From assembly GCA_903831815.1 (NCBI GenBank), contig CAIKZC010000002.1:7244-71243 (forward strand): a stretch of 64,000 bases of DNA, in the 5' to 3' direction. The translations under genes and the position numbers were made by a program. Origin of the DNA: an uncultured bacterium (GTDB lineage: Bacteria; Patescibacteriota; Minisyncoccia; Phycocordibacterales; UBA11359). Below, in pieces: positions 46,304 through 55,784 of this stretch. Numbering within the stretch: the first letter of the stretch is position 1; every line of letters starts with the position of its first letter. Under the pieces are notes generated by a model, which was not told the DNA's origin, ran no database searches, and worked only from the letters and a program-made list of their open reading frames with translations.

Positions 46304-46406
46304 GTAGAAAAGCAGCTCTCGAAGCACACGGAAATCGCCTTACTGGCGATTTCCTTATCCTCGCGCCAGTCGCGCTGCGGAGTGCTTCTGCGAGTTGCTT
46401 TTCTAC
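46304..46406 (+). repeat. structured palindromic repeat element, copy E (divergent variant; between convergent genes, overlapping the rarA stop region)
   Basis: Outer stem of about 24 bp, GTAGAAAAGCAGCTCTCGAAGCAC / GTGCTTCTGCGAGTTGCTTTTCTAC (a few mismatches). Hairpin 1 GGAAATCGCC-TTACTG-GCGATTTCC. Hairpin 2 CTCGCGCCAGTCGCGCT conserved. Followed by TTTTTAGTTTTT. Confidence 0.7.
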
Positions 46407-46409
46407 TTT

Positions 46410-47546
46410 TTAGTTTTTCTTATAGTATTTCTTGCCTTTCAATTTCTCCGGCAATAAGTCTTCCTTGGTATATTTCTCATAACCTTTTCCGTAATCAAGA
46501 TCTTTCATGAGTTTAGTTGGAGCATTCAGAATATTTAAAGGTATTGGCAAATTACCGAATTTTTTAGCGTCATCCAAAGCAGTCATGTAGGCATAATATG
46601 CCGACTTGTTTTTTGGCGCTTGTGAAAGATATACGACACCATGTCCCAAATTGATTCCCGCTTCGGGATATCCTATCGTCTCTACTGCTCTAAACACCGC
46701 ATTGGCCAACACCAAAGCGTGAGGGTCTTCCATACCGACATCTTCACTGGCAAAAATCACCATGCGCCGAGCAATAAATTTTGGGTCCTCCCCCGCTTCG
46801 ACCATACGAGCCAGATAATACAGCGCCGCATCCGGTTGACTGGCTCGCATGCTTTTTATAAAAGCGCTGATGGTGTTGTAGTGTTCATCGCCTTTTTTGT
46901 CATAACGCAAATATTTCGATTGCAGAGATTTCTTGAAATTTTCTATTGTCATCTCTCCGTACAATCTTTCGGTATTTTCGATCAAAGCGATAGCTTGTCG
47001 AGCATCACCACCCGATGCCGCCACGAGCCAATCCTCCACCTCTTTCGAAATATCAAAACCTGTACGTCCGATAATTGTTTTTATTTCATTCTCGGCCAAT
47101 TCGTTGAGCACAAAAACTTGGCAACGCGAGAGAAGTGCCGGGATAACTTCAAAACTCGGATTTTCGGTCGTTGCACCGATTAAAGTCAATTTACCGGATT
47201 CAACATAAGGCAAAAGAAAATCTTGTTGAGCTTTATTAAATCGATGAATCTCATCGAGAAACAATATTTTGGCGCCAAAAAGTCCGGCCGGTGCATTCAC
47301 GATTTCTCGAATATCATCTTTTCCGGCCGACACCGCCGAGAGCTCATGATATTCAGCCTTGAGCGATTTGGCGTATATTCTAGCCAACGTCGTCTTGCCG
47401 ACTCCGGGCGGTCCCCATAAAATAAAAGAGAAAAGATGTTTTTTGGCCACAGCAACGCCGATCGGTTTATCATCCCCGACCAAATGTTCCTGCCCGACAA
47501 ATTCAGAAAGGTCTTTCGGCCGTATCTTTGAAGCCAGCGGTTCCAT
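46410..47546 (-). CDS. rarA: replication-associated recombination protein A (AAA+ ATPase RarA/MgsA)
   Basis: Walker [10 protein letters not shown], Walker [11 protein letters not shown], sensor and arginine-finger regions, C-terminal MgsA helical domain. Confidence 0.85.
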   Translation of the reverse strand: MEPLASKIRPKDLSEFVGQEHLVGDDKPIGVAVAKKHLFSFILWGPPGVGKTTLARIYAKSLKAEYHELSAVSAGKDDIREIVNAPAGLFGAKILFLDEIHRFNKAQQDFLLPYVESGKLTLIGATTENPSFEVIPALLSRCQVFVLNELAENEIKTIIGRTGFDISKEVEDWLVAASGGDARQAIALIENTERLYGEMTIENFKKSLQSKYLRYDKKGDEHYNTISAFIKSMRASQPDAALYYLARMVEAGEDPKFIARRMVIFASEDVGMEDPHALVLANAVFRAVETIGYPEAGINLGHGVVYLSQAPKNKSAYYAYMTALDDAKKFGNLPIPLNILNAPTKLMKDLDYGKGYEKYTKEDLLPEKLKGKKYYKKN

Positions 47547-47567
47547 ACCTATATTATACGCCTCTCG

Positions 47568-48094
47568 CTAAATTAATCTCCTCTTTTTCTTATGAAGAAA
47601 TTCCAAGTCGCGAAGACGTTTTAGAGCCTCAAGACGCGTGCCGGAAGGACCACCAAGGTTCTTGCGAAGCCTTTCCGAAATGACGTAATATCCATTGCCT
47701 TTTTTAATAATCATAACGATACCCTGCCGTTTGCCAGGTGGAGAAATTACAACCAAAAAGAAGAGCTGGCGTAACGAAACGACAGCTCTGACAAATCGAC
47801 GATCGACAGCGAGCGAGGTCGTTATTGGACCGAACGCCTTTCTAACGTAATCTCGGCCTCCTTGGAACTTAACAGTTTCCATTCTGAGACGGAAAGATAT
47901 GGTCGCATACAATGAATCACTTCTTTGAGACTCAATCCCGTTTCCCCGATAAAACTCTCTGCCACTAGGACCAGCCCTCTTGATAATCCGGAGGATATAT
48001 CAATACGAGCAAATCTTTCATCTATTGAAGCTCGGTCAATCTTAACCCCAGTCTTGTTAGCTGACGGTAGTTCAGACATAATCCCCCCCTTCAT
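47568..48094 (-). pseudogene. two overlapping out-of-frame ORFs (90 aa + 114 aa), probably one frameshifted gene; the C-terminal part has a possible GIY-YIG-like nuclease motif
   Basis: The ORFs 47822..48094 and 47568..47912 overlap by about 90 nt in different frames on the same strand. A G7 homopolymer sits at the 5' end. The second ORF carries GIVMIIKKGNGYYVISERLRKNL. Confidence 0.3.
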
Positions 48095-48137
48095 GTACTT
48101 CTAATACTAGGCCGTAAGACGAATACTACCCTTACAC

Positions 48138-50900
48138 TTACACCGGTTTAGCAACAATAGGCTCAGGTTTTTTGGAATATTTTTCGGCAATGTCGGCTTC
48201 GATTTCGGCGCGGTCGCGACCAAATTTTAGGAATGAAAGTTCTTTGAGAGCATCAAGGTGATCTTTTGAATTTACTGGTGGTGGTAAAGTTTCAATATTG
48301 AATGGTTTAACCGGACGGCCATCAACCAACAATTTTACGTAAGCATTTCGATTGTCGATGTTCATGATATCGGCGGCGAGAAACGGTTCAAATTGTTTGG
48401 CTAAAAACTCGGCATCTTCGGCACCGGTTCTAAAGGCGGCAATGGAGCCGACGTTACCGAACACGGCGTCACGAATATTTTCTTCAAGTTGAGCGATAAA
48501 TTGATGAGCAACGGTCAGCGACAATTTATACTTACGAGCTTCTGAAAGAATTGTGGCAATCGAGTCGGTGGTGACGTTTTGGAACTCATCGATATACAAA
48601 TAAAACGGTGGCAAATTTTTATCAACTGAATCAACTCGCGAAAGTGCAGACATCAAGATCTTGCCAACTAAAATGAGACCAATCAAATTGGCATTAATAT
48701 CACCGAGTCTACCTTTAGCCAAATTAACCAATAATATTTTTTTACCATCCATAACCTCACGGAAATTGAACGATGATTTCTGCTGTGAAATGATCGGCCG
48801 CATAATGTCGTTAGAAAGAAATACATCAAACTTGCTAGTGATATAAGGCACAATGTTGGCCAGCGACGCTTCCCCACCGGCTTTATCAGCCACCTCTTTC
48901 CAAAACTGAACCACAATCGGATTTTTGCAATGCGAAAGTTTCATTTCGCGGAAAGGTTTGTTGGCCAAAACTTTGGAAACATCGAGTAACGTATTCCCCG
49001 TTTCCGGATCTTCCATGACAAGCAAGACAGCATTTCTAAAATATTGTTCGAACATCGGACCGCCAGCCACTTTCATATCAAACAATTTATTGAAAATACT
49101 GAGCATCTCGTTGACCACAAAAGTTTTTTGCTCCGGATGATTTATATCGTACTCAAGCATGTTGATGGCCATTGGCCGCGCACTTTGACTTGGATCAAAA
49201 TAAATAACATCTTCGTAACGCTCTTTTGGCACAGCCGCCAAGACATCCAAAATATCAATGCCATGAGGGTCAATCATACAAACTCCGGCGCCTTGCTGAA
49301 TATCCTGAATAATCATGTTTTTGAGCATGGTTGATTTACCTGTTCCGGTCTGTCCAATGACATACAAGTGACGCAAACGGTCCTCAGCGGTCATATAGAC
49401 CTTAGTTTCAACGTTGCGGTGTCTATTAACCCCCATGAGCGTTCCAGAAGTCGGCATACCAACCGGTGCCGGAGCAGAGCCGGATTTTGCCTGTCGCAAT
49501 TGCGGAGCAGCATTACCAGTCGTTTGAAAGTGCATCAGCGAAGCCAGTTCGTGAATGTTGAGAGGAATTGATTCATCTTCATCAAAAATTCTAAAAGAAA
49601 AATCATGCAAGACGGCGTTGGTGGCGGACGTTTTCACTCGTTTAAATTTCAAACCGTTACCGAGCGTATTGTTGAACTGATTAAATGTCGCCTCAATTTC
49701 AGCCAGGATTTTTTCGGCATCAATTTCCGTTTGACCGGAAACCACAATTTTAATTGAAACTTCGACGATTGGATTGGAAACTTTTTTGGTTACAAGCTCG
49801 ATAGCTTGATCATCCATTTTTAACGGTTCTTTTTTCTCTTCTTCGTCTTTCTTTTTTTCGGTTTTAGCAAAAACGTCTCTTAATCCTTTCCAAACTTCGC
49901 CACCTATTGAATCCGGAACGTCCAACGCATCTTTTGTTTTTACCCCTTTGTGGAGTTGTTTCAATGCACCGCTGTAAAGTTTTACATAATGATCATCAGC
50001 CGGCCTGACCATCACCTGCAAACTGGCGCCCTCACCTATTTTCTTAATCTTGGAAAAACTATTTAAAATAATATTAAGTGGATCGTATTCAAATTCTTCA
50101 TAAGTCTTGATTGGATAGATGGATTTACCAGAAGATACAGCATACGAAACAACCGATACACCGGCTTCATCAAAAACATTGTAGTCGCCTGAAACTTCAA
50201 TAATTTTGGCATTAGGGAAAATAGCCAAAAGTTGTTTTTCAAAAAGATCTTTTTTGACATCCGGTACGGAAACATAAAATATCGATTCTTCGCTGTGATT
50301 TGGATTGGCGATTTCCAGAGAAAAATAATTGTCCTCAGCATTTTTGCCACCAGCAATCGAAAGCATGCCGGCATAAAACTGTTCCATTGAACCGATAAAT
50401 TCTTTCAATGTTTTCTCTTCAGACTGTTTATCGCCTTTGGGTAGTGCAATTTCAAAAAGCGTCATGTGCAAAGCCTTATACAAAGTGCTTTTATCTTTCA
50501 AACCATCTAAAGGAAAACCCTGTTTCAAATATTGCACCAAAAAGCGATGAAAATCGTCATCAATATGAGGATCATTTAACTTTTCGATAACGGAAAGTGT
50601 GTTCCAGATCCCCTTCTCCTGAAGGAGACCCAGTAATTCGGCAATTTTTTCATCATGTTCCTCCGGCTCTAAATCAAGGACGATTTTCTCGATTTTTTTA
50701 TCCGAGAGCTGCATTTTAGGATGCAAAACTTCGTTGATTGGCTGTTTTTTATATTCCTCAACTGTTTTTTGAACCAAAGAATGCATCTCTTGTCGCGTTT
50801 CGGCCGTGCTGGCGTGTTCATAGACTTTGGCCCGCAAATATTCAAGTTCTTCTTCCGGAGTTTTAAATACCGGTATTTCGTTTGTTTGAAGTTTCTCCAT
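48138..50900 (-). CDS. 920-aa soluble protein with C-terminal VirD4/TraG/TrwB-type coupling-protein (T4CP-like) P-loop ATPase domain
   Basis: Walker A YVIGQTGTGKST. Walker-B-like FYLYIDEFQNV. TVAHQ...FRTG region parallels TrwB's VVAGLQS...FRS. No predicted TM helices. The N-terminal 480 aa are unrecognised. Confidence 0.55.
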   Translation of the reverse strand: MEKLQTNEIPVFKTPEEELEYLRAKVYEHASTAETRQEMHSLVQKTVEEYKKQPINEVLHPKMQLSDKKIEKIVLDLEPEEHDEKIAELLGLLQEKGIWNTLSVIEKLNDPHIDDDFHRFLVQYLKQGFPLDGLKDKSTLYKALHMTLFEIALPKGDKQSEEKTLKEFIGSMEQFYAGMLSIAGGKNAEDNYFSLEIANPNHSEESIFYVSVPDVKKDLFEKQLLAIFPNAKIIEVSGDYNVFDEAGVSVVSYAVSSGKSIYPIKTYEEFEYDPLNIILNSFSKIKKIGEGASLQVMVRPADDHYVKLYSGALKQLHKGVKTKDALDVPDSIGGEVWKGLRDVFAKTEKKKDEEEKKEPLKMDDQAIELVTKKVSNPIVEVSIKIVVSGQTEIDAEKILAEIEATFNQFNNTLGNGLKFKRVKTSATNAVLHDFSFRIFDEDESIPLNIHELASLMHFQTTGNAAPQLRQAKSGSAPAPVGMPTSGTLMGVNRHRNVETKVYMTAEDRLRHLYVIGQTGTGKSTMLKNMIIQDIQQGAGVCMIDPHGIDILDVLAAVPKERYEDVIYFDPSQSARPMAINMLEYDINHPEQKTFVVNEMLSIFNKLFDMKVAGGPMFEQYFRNAVLLVMEDPETGNTLLDVSKVLANKPFREMKLSHCKNPIVVQFWKEVADKAGGEASLANIVPYITSKFDVFLSNDIMRPIISQQKSSFNFREVMDGKKILLVNLAKGRLGDINANLIGLILVGKILMSALSRVDSVDKNLPPFYLYIDEFQNVTTDSIATILSEARKYKLSLTVAHQFIAQLEENIRDAVFGNVGSIAAFRTGAEDAEFLAKQFEPFLAADIMNIDNRNAYVKLLVDGRPVKPFNIETLPPPVNSKDHLDALKELSFLKFGRDRAEIEADIAEKYSKKPEPIVAKPV

Positions 50901-50926
50901 AGGTTTATTATATCCTACCGTCGAGA

Positions 50927-52015
50927 TTATTTCACTTCGCCGAAAATTCTCTTGTGTATTTGTGAACTGAGTTCACCGGCAATTTTTTCGCCTATTTCCT
51001 TCCCGGAAAACAATAGATAATTATAATCGGACGGATAGCCAACCAGTTCCATAAAACCAACCCCATTTACATTTTTGCCAGCGATAGTTCCAGAAACCTC
51101 AAGCGGTCCTTCCCAATAATTTATAGCCAAAAAAATCATTTCCTGATCGGACATAAGCGATTTGACGTGCAATTTTGCCTCGTACTCAGGGATTTCAATA
51201 TCCCAAGACAATGGATATTCCGCCTTAGTTAATTTGCTTTGCCAAATATCTGCACCGGGTTTTAAAATTAAATTTGAGAAATGAAACGATTCGTTTGCCT
51301 TAGTAATTATATCCACCAAATTCCCTTTCTCCCTCTTGTCATCATATTCGCAACACATAATATCCGTGCCATTGTTGAGCTGGAGAGAAAACCACGTCCA
51401 TTTATCTTTTTTATATGACACATCCGCCCACTGATGATCAAACCACGATTTGCCTTTAACTTTTATTTCTTTGCCGTCAATGAGTAATGTACCCGAAGTT
51501 TCAAGATCGGTTAGTGAGTAGTAATAACTTTCTCTGCCACAAACAGTGATATGTCCCTCTCCTCCTTCGAGCAGAGCCGGCTTTTGCGATTTTAAAATTA
51601 AATCCAGTTTTTCGGTTTTGATATGAAAAACATCGTTTTCAATTTCGGCGATTTCATTATTTTCAAAACCTTTTAAAAGAATGGGATTGATATAATTCAC
51701 GAACAAACGCTCTTTGGTAAAACTATCGTTCGAGACCAACGAAACATTCTGAACTTCTTTATAATTTTTCTGATTTTCAAGGTCGGATACAACTGAATGG
51801 GCAAAACAAATATATTTTTTACCGCCAAGTATTTTATTTACTGGCAAATGTTTCAAATAAGGGATTTCTACATTTTCCACATCCACTCGAAAAAGGCAAT
51901 TCATAAAACTGTATTTATGACCGTTTTCGTCTTCTAATACGCCGTTAAAATACCACCATTCAACTATAGAATCGTGCTCCTTGTGATCTCGCGGAAAAAT
52001 AATTTTCTTATGCAT
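50927..52015 (-). CDS. AttH/CrtC-like (hydroxyneurosporene synthase family) protein
   Basis: N-terminal HKEHDSIVEWWYFNG motif and C-terminal ...INYWEGPLEVSGTIAGKNVNGVGFMELVGY, characteristic of the AttH/CrtC lipocalin-like family. Confidence 0.5.
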   Translation of the reverse strand: MHKKIIFPRDHKEHDSIVEWWYFNGVLEDENGHKYSFMNCLFRVDVENVEIPYLKHLPVNKILGGKKYICFAHSVVSDLENQKNYKEVQNVSLVSNDSFTKERLFVNYINPILLKGFENNEIAEIENDVFHIKTEKLDLILKSQKPALLEGGEGHITVCGRESYYYSLTDLETSGTLLIDGKEIKVKGKSWFDHQWADVSYKKDKWTWFSLQLNNGTDIMCCEYDDKREKGNLVDIITKANESFHFSNLILKPGADIWQSKLTKAEYPLSWDIEIPEYEAKLHVKSLMSDQEMIFLAINYWEGPLEVSGTIAGKNVNGVGFMELVGYPSDYNYLLFSGKEIGEKIAGELSSQIHKRIFGEVK

Positions 52016-52058
52016 AAGTATTCTGATTATAACACCAAAATACTGATCATCTGAATAT

Positions 52059-52460
52059 TTATGACACTAATTGGGTGCAATGAGAACAACGACGAGCATC
52101 AATAGGAATTTCACTTAAACATTCTTTACATTTTTTGGTCGTAGGGTCGGGTGATGGTTCTTTGTGAGATCTGGAAACAAGCAAATTAATCGGTTTAACC
52201 ACAAAAAAGAAAATGGTCATTGCTACGAGAATAAAAGAAATCAGTGCATTAAGAAAATGACCATACATAAATTTACTGCCATTTATAGTGAATAAAAGTC
52301 CGCTAAAATCCGGGACTTTAGCTATAGCTGAAATAAATGGAGTTAAAATATCCGAAACCAGACTGGCTACTACAGAACTAAAAGCGGCGCCGATGACGAC
52401 ACCGACCGCCAAGTCAACAACATTACCGCGAAGTATAAATTGTTTAAATTCTTTTAACAT
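52059..52460 (-). CDS. mscL: large-conductance mechanosensitive channel MscL with C-terminal CxxC...CxxC extension
   Basis: FKQFILRGNVVDLAVGVVIGAAFSSVV matches the MscL TM1. C-terminus KKCKECLSEIPIDARRCSHCTQ has zinc-ribbon-like Cys pairs. Confidence 0.85.
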   Translation of the reverse strand: MLKEFKQFILRGNVVDLAVGVVIGAAFSSVVASLVSDILTPFISAIAKVPDFSGLLFTINGSKFMYGHFLNALISFILVAMTIFFFVVKPINLLVSRSHKEPSPDPTTKKCKECLSEIPIDARRCSHCTQLVS

Positions 52461-52487
52461 AAATTTTAATTAGTCGATAAACCTAAC

Positions 52488-52658
52488 TAAAAACCGAGTA
52501 ATTTTACTTTTATATACAAAGTGAGCATGCCAATCACAAAACCGGACACAAATATAAGGGTGCTGTTGAATTTAGCGCCACCCTTGACGAAAAAAGTGAT
52601 ACATAACACCACTACTAAAGCGATGGCGACTCCAATAAAAAATCCAGTAAGTGTATTC
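52488..52658 (-). CDS. small two-TM membrane protein (57 aa; below the ORF-track cutoff)
   Basis: Manual translation MNTLTGFFIGVAIALVVVLCITFFVKGGAKFNSTLIFVSGFVIGMLTLYIKVKLLGF. Confidence 0.3.
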
Positions 52659-52797
52659 ATGTAATTAAAATTAGATGATTAAATCTTTTATTCATTATAA
52701 CATACCAATGAGAGCGTATTATTTACGGCTATTGCCTTTATACAATTTATATGGTAAAGTATAAATAGAGTCGAACATCAAACACAAGGAGACAACG

Positions 52798-53172
52798 ATG
52801 AACGAAAGTGAGACGCTGGTCGGCAAAAAGATGATTGAACTCCGAGACGGACTTGCAGCGTGGGCGGAAGCGAATAGGGTTCTAGGCGCAGGGCAAAGAC
52901 TTGTCTTCACTCTTCGGATTGAAAACACGCCGACCGTTGTGTGCGAAGGGTCAACAACCACGACCACTGACATCACACCTCAGCAGGTCTATGACGCGAC
53001 TTTGCGAGTAAAACAGAGACACAAATCTGTGTCCTCACTGAAGGTTAGCACGGAACTTGGTTGTGGGAGTGCGTTAGCTATGCGAATTTACAAACGTGGG
53101 AGTTGGTTTCGAGCGGCATATTTCGCAGCGCAGGAAGGTAAACCCTTCCCAGAAAATCCGGCCAAAGCGTAG
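52798..53172 (+). CDS. GC-richer orphan hypothetical protein (124 aa)
   Basis: Strong RBS AAGGAGACAACG then ATG. Terminator hairpin GCCCCAGCCGAAACTGGGGC downstream at 53253..53276. No domain recognised. Confidence 0.5.
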   Translation: MNESETLVGKKMIELRDGLAAWAEANRVLGAGQRLVFTLRIENTPTVVCEGSTTTTTDITPQQVYDATLRVKQRHKSVSSLKVSTELGCGSALAMRIYKRGSWFRAAYFAAQEGKPFPENPAKA

Positions 53173-53290
53173 CCAGATCGCTTAACGAAGACATCGCAGA
53201 CGAGCAGAAGGAGTCCTCCCTACTGCTCTTTTTTTTATATAAATATAAAAAAGCCCCAGCCGAAACTGGGGCAGATTAAACAAAGAACAA

Positions 53291-53689
53291 CTAGTCTTCT
53301 TGGGGTCTTCTTGGAGCAAGATCGTAAACTTCCAACAATTTCTTTTTGGAAGCTATATTGACACTATTGCCCATACGTAAAGAGCAATGGATTAATTCCT
53401 CCGAGTTAATGATGATTGCCATGTGGGTCCACGGACGTAACAATTCGGTTTCCTTTCGTTTGAAAAAGACGGAATGCCCGATAGGCATCAAGGTAAACTC
53501 ATCGGGAGAAAGATGAAATTCAAACGGCGGAGGGAGGCTCTTGATAAGTCGAGGCAAATTTATTCCAACCCCAAAATAAACTTGCCGAACAAAGTGAACA
53601 CAATTGAATGTGTCCCAGTCAAAAGGTTTACCTAAATAATGACATGAAACAATAACGATACGTTCGGACAGTTCTTTAGAGAGAAACAT
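53291..53689 (-). CDS. NlpC/P60 (C40) family peptidase-like protein
   Basis: Putative catalytic Cys in FDWDTFNCVHFVRQVYF and His in WTHMAIIINSEELIHCS, in the family's order and spacing. Confidence 0.5.
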   Translation of the reverse strand: MFLSKELSERIVIVSCHYLGKPFDWDTFNCVHFVRQVYFGVGINLPRLIKSLPPPFEFHLSPDEFTLMPIGHSVFFKRKETELLRPWTHMAIIINSEELIHCSLRMGNSVNIASKKKLLEVYDLAPRRPQED

Positions 53690-53809
53690 GCCAAACTCCT
53701 TTCTTTTTTTAGTTAAAAGACGCAGAAAAACAGAGGTATGTATTATATAAAACTAGACCAAGTTGAAATTTTTTTATTTAAAATCATTTTTTTGGATAGA
53801 GTAACTTGC

Positions 53810-54580
53810 TTAAGTTAAAATTTGTTCAAGCTCTCCGACTTTCTTCAAATAAATAGAGCAACTTTTACAATCGCAATTTAGATCGGCTACGGGACGAGCT
53901 CCACCAAGAGGCTTCAACACATAATCTTTTACGACAAGCCATAGCTTAAATTTTTTGTTGAGATCAGCTTCCTTTAAAAATTTTTCAATAAGGACCGAAA
54001 AAGGTTTGTCCCAAGACCTTAAATCCTTTAATAAGCGCTTTGAGCTAACCTGCCATCTTCCAACGGTCCTATAACGCATTTCTATCAAATTCGTAAGATT
54101 GGTGTGCATGCCCGCAAATGCAGCAGCAGGGTCGCTTTGCAAATATCGTTCAATACAGTTGGTAAAATGATAAGCAAGAAAAATAATACCTTCATAATCG
54201 GCCGGCTTATATTTTGGTGCTTTTACTTTAGAGTATTTTTTCTTCAGCTCGCGAAGCTTACCTGTCTTATCAAAAATAATTATCGATTCGGCGATCATCG
54301 GTACTCGTTCTCGTTTCGCCACCTGTTTGTCCATCACGGCGATAATATGATCATAAGACATGAATGTAATATCCAACTTCACTCCGCGAATGAAAGGATG
54401 ACTCACATGCGTGCAGTCACTTTTATCCACCAGAACTTTTACATCAATATCACTTTCCTTCCCAAATTCTCCTCGAGCCGCCGAACCAAAAATATAAGCA
54501 CCAAGAAAATGCTTGTCATTATCTAGCTTCTTTAAATCTTCCAAAATAGATTTCTGTAGCTTTTTGTAATCCATAGCCAA
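53810..54580 (-). CDS. nucleotidyltransferase of the Pol-beta superfamily, ANT(4')/KNTase-like aminoglycoside nucleotidyltransferase fold
   Basis: GAYIFGSAARGEFGKESDIDVKVLV (GS...DxD NTase motif) plus a helical C-terminal domain. 256 aa, comparable to KNTase. Confidence 0.5.
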   Translation of the reverse strand: MAMDYKKLQKSILEDLKKLDNDKHFLGAYIFGSAARGEFGKESDIDVKVLVDKSDCTHVSHPFIRGVKLDITFMSYDHIIAVMDKQVAKRERVPMIAESIIIFDKTGKLRELKKKYSKVKAPKYKPADYEGIIFLAYHFTNCIERYLQSDPAAAFAGMHTNLTNLIEMRYRTVGRWQVSSKRLLKDLRSWDKPFSVLIEKFLKEADLNKKFKLWLVVKDYVLKPLGGARPVADLNCDCKSCSIYLKKVGELEQILT

Positions 54581-54712
54581 AGCATACCAAAATTGAAACT
54601 AATTTTACAGCAGGGTTAGAATGCCCGCTGTGATATGAATAATTGACTGAAAATTGGGTGACCACCCGGTTATGCTCCGGGGCTAAAAGCTCCACAAGCT
54701 TCTGTGCTGCTA

Positions 54713-55234
54713 TTACACCATGGTCACCATGTTTTGCCAAGGCTTTACGAAACTTAAAAACCTTCGCTTTTCAAGCTTATCATGATGTATGAGGTAATGG
54801 CAATTGTGACAGAGCCAAACTAGATTTTTTATATTTAAATTTGAGTGATCTTGATCGATGTGATGCACAACAAGAATTCTTGAATCTACCTTGTGACAAA
54901 GTAAACATTCTGCTTTTAATCCGCTTTTTAACACTATTTTTCTATAAATCGTCTGCCCACCCTTCCAACCTAAATGTTTTTTGCCGCTATATTCAACATT
55001 CCTCCATTTAGTCTGACAAGATTTTCCACAAAAATATTTACCACTTTTAGAACGACTAATTTGCGACATTGTTTTATAAATAACTTTGTTACAAACATAA
55101 CAATTGGTCTCTTTTCTAGTTCTTGTACCAAACTTCTTACAATATCTTGAACAAAATATCCCCCACCCTATTTTTTCATGACTAGGTTTTACATAAAAAT
55201 CATTATTGCAAATTTTACATTTATGAATTGACAT
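54713..55234 (-). CDS. HNH endonuclease with N-terminal zinc-ribbon repeats (paralogue 1)
   Basis: Multiple CxxC pairs, then VVHHIDQDHSNLNIKNLVWLCHNCHYLIHH (HNH motif). Confidence 0.7.
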   Translation of the reverse strand: MSIHKCKICNNDFYVKPSHEKIGWGIFCSRYCKKFGTRTRKETNCYVCNKVIYKTMSQISRSKSGKYFCGKSCQTKWRNVEYSGKKHLGWKGGQTIYRKIVLKSGLKAECLLCHKVDSRILVVHHIDQDHSNLNIKNLVWLCHNCHYLIHHDKLEKRRFLSFVKPWQNMVTMV

Positions 55235-55757
55235 TTATTTTAATTTTACTATTAAATCTCGTTAGTTCAGAGGAATTATTATGAACAAGAAAATGGCAAT
55301 TGTGACAAAGCCAAGTTAAATTAGATAAAGAGTTATTCTCTCTATTTTTATCAATATGGTGAACCGACAAAATACGGGGATCTTTTTCTCCACACAATAT
55401 ACAAATAATCGCAGTATCAGCCCTTTTCAAAATATTTTTATATGAGAACTTACCATTTATCCAATTTGAGTGATTTTGTCCCCTATTTTTACCGCCAAGC
55501 CATTTATTGCTACAATTTACGCCACAAAAAAACTTTTTATTCTTTGAATTATTTATATCTTTATTTTTCTTATAGACTTTCTTACCGCAAACAAAACATT
55601 CAATAATTTTACCTTTCTTCCTACCTAGAATTTGACATTTAACTGAACAATAATGTTTTTTGGCAAGAAGAACTTGCGATCTTTTTCTTACAAAATATCG
55701 AGAACATATTTCACATCGAATAATCATTGTTCCATTATAACACAATGGATGACTCAC
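55221..55757 (-). CDS. HNH endonuclease with N-terminal zinc-ribbon repeats (paralogue 2)
   Basis: CxxC pairs, then SVHHIDKNRENNSLSNLTWLCHNCHFLVHN. Collinear with and similar to the downstream paralogue; overlaps it by 14 nt. Confidence 0.7.
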   Translation of the reverse strand: MSHPLCYNGTMIIRCEICSRYFVRKRSQVLLAKKHYCSVKCQILGRKKGKIIECFVCGKKVYKKNKDINNSKNKKFFCGVNCSNKWLGGKNRGQNHSNWINGKFSYKNILKRADTAIICILCGEKDPRILSVHHIDKNRENNSLSNLTWLCHNCHFLVHNNSSELTRFNSKIKINVNS

Positions 55758-55784
55758 TGTTAGTATCGAACGTTCTGGATGATA

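Noticed and set aside
54519-54740. 73-aa ORF between the ANT-like and HNH genes
   Set aside because: Overlaps the ANT start and the HNH stop. No RBS and no motif. Probably spurious.
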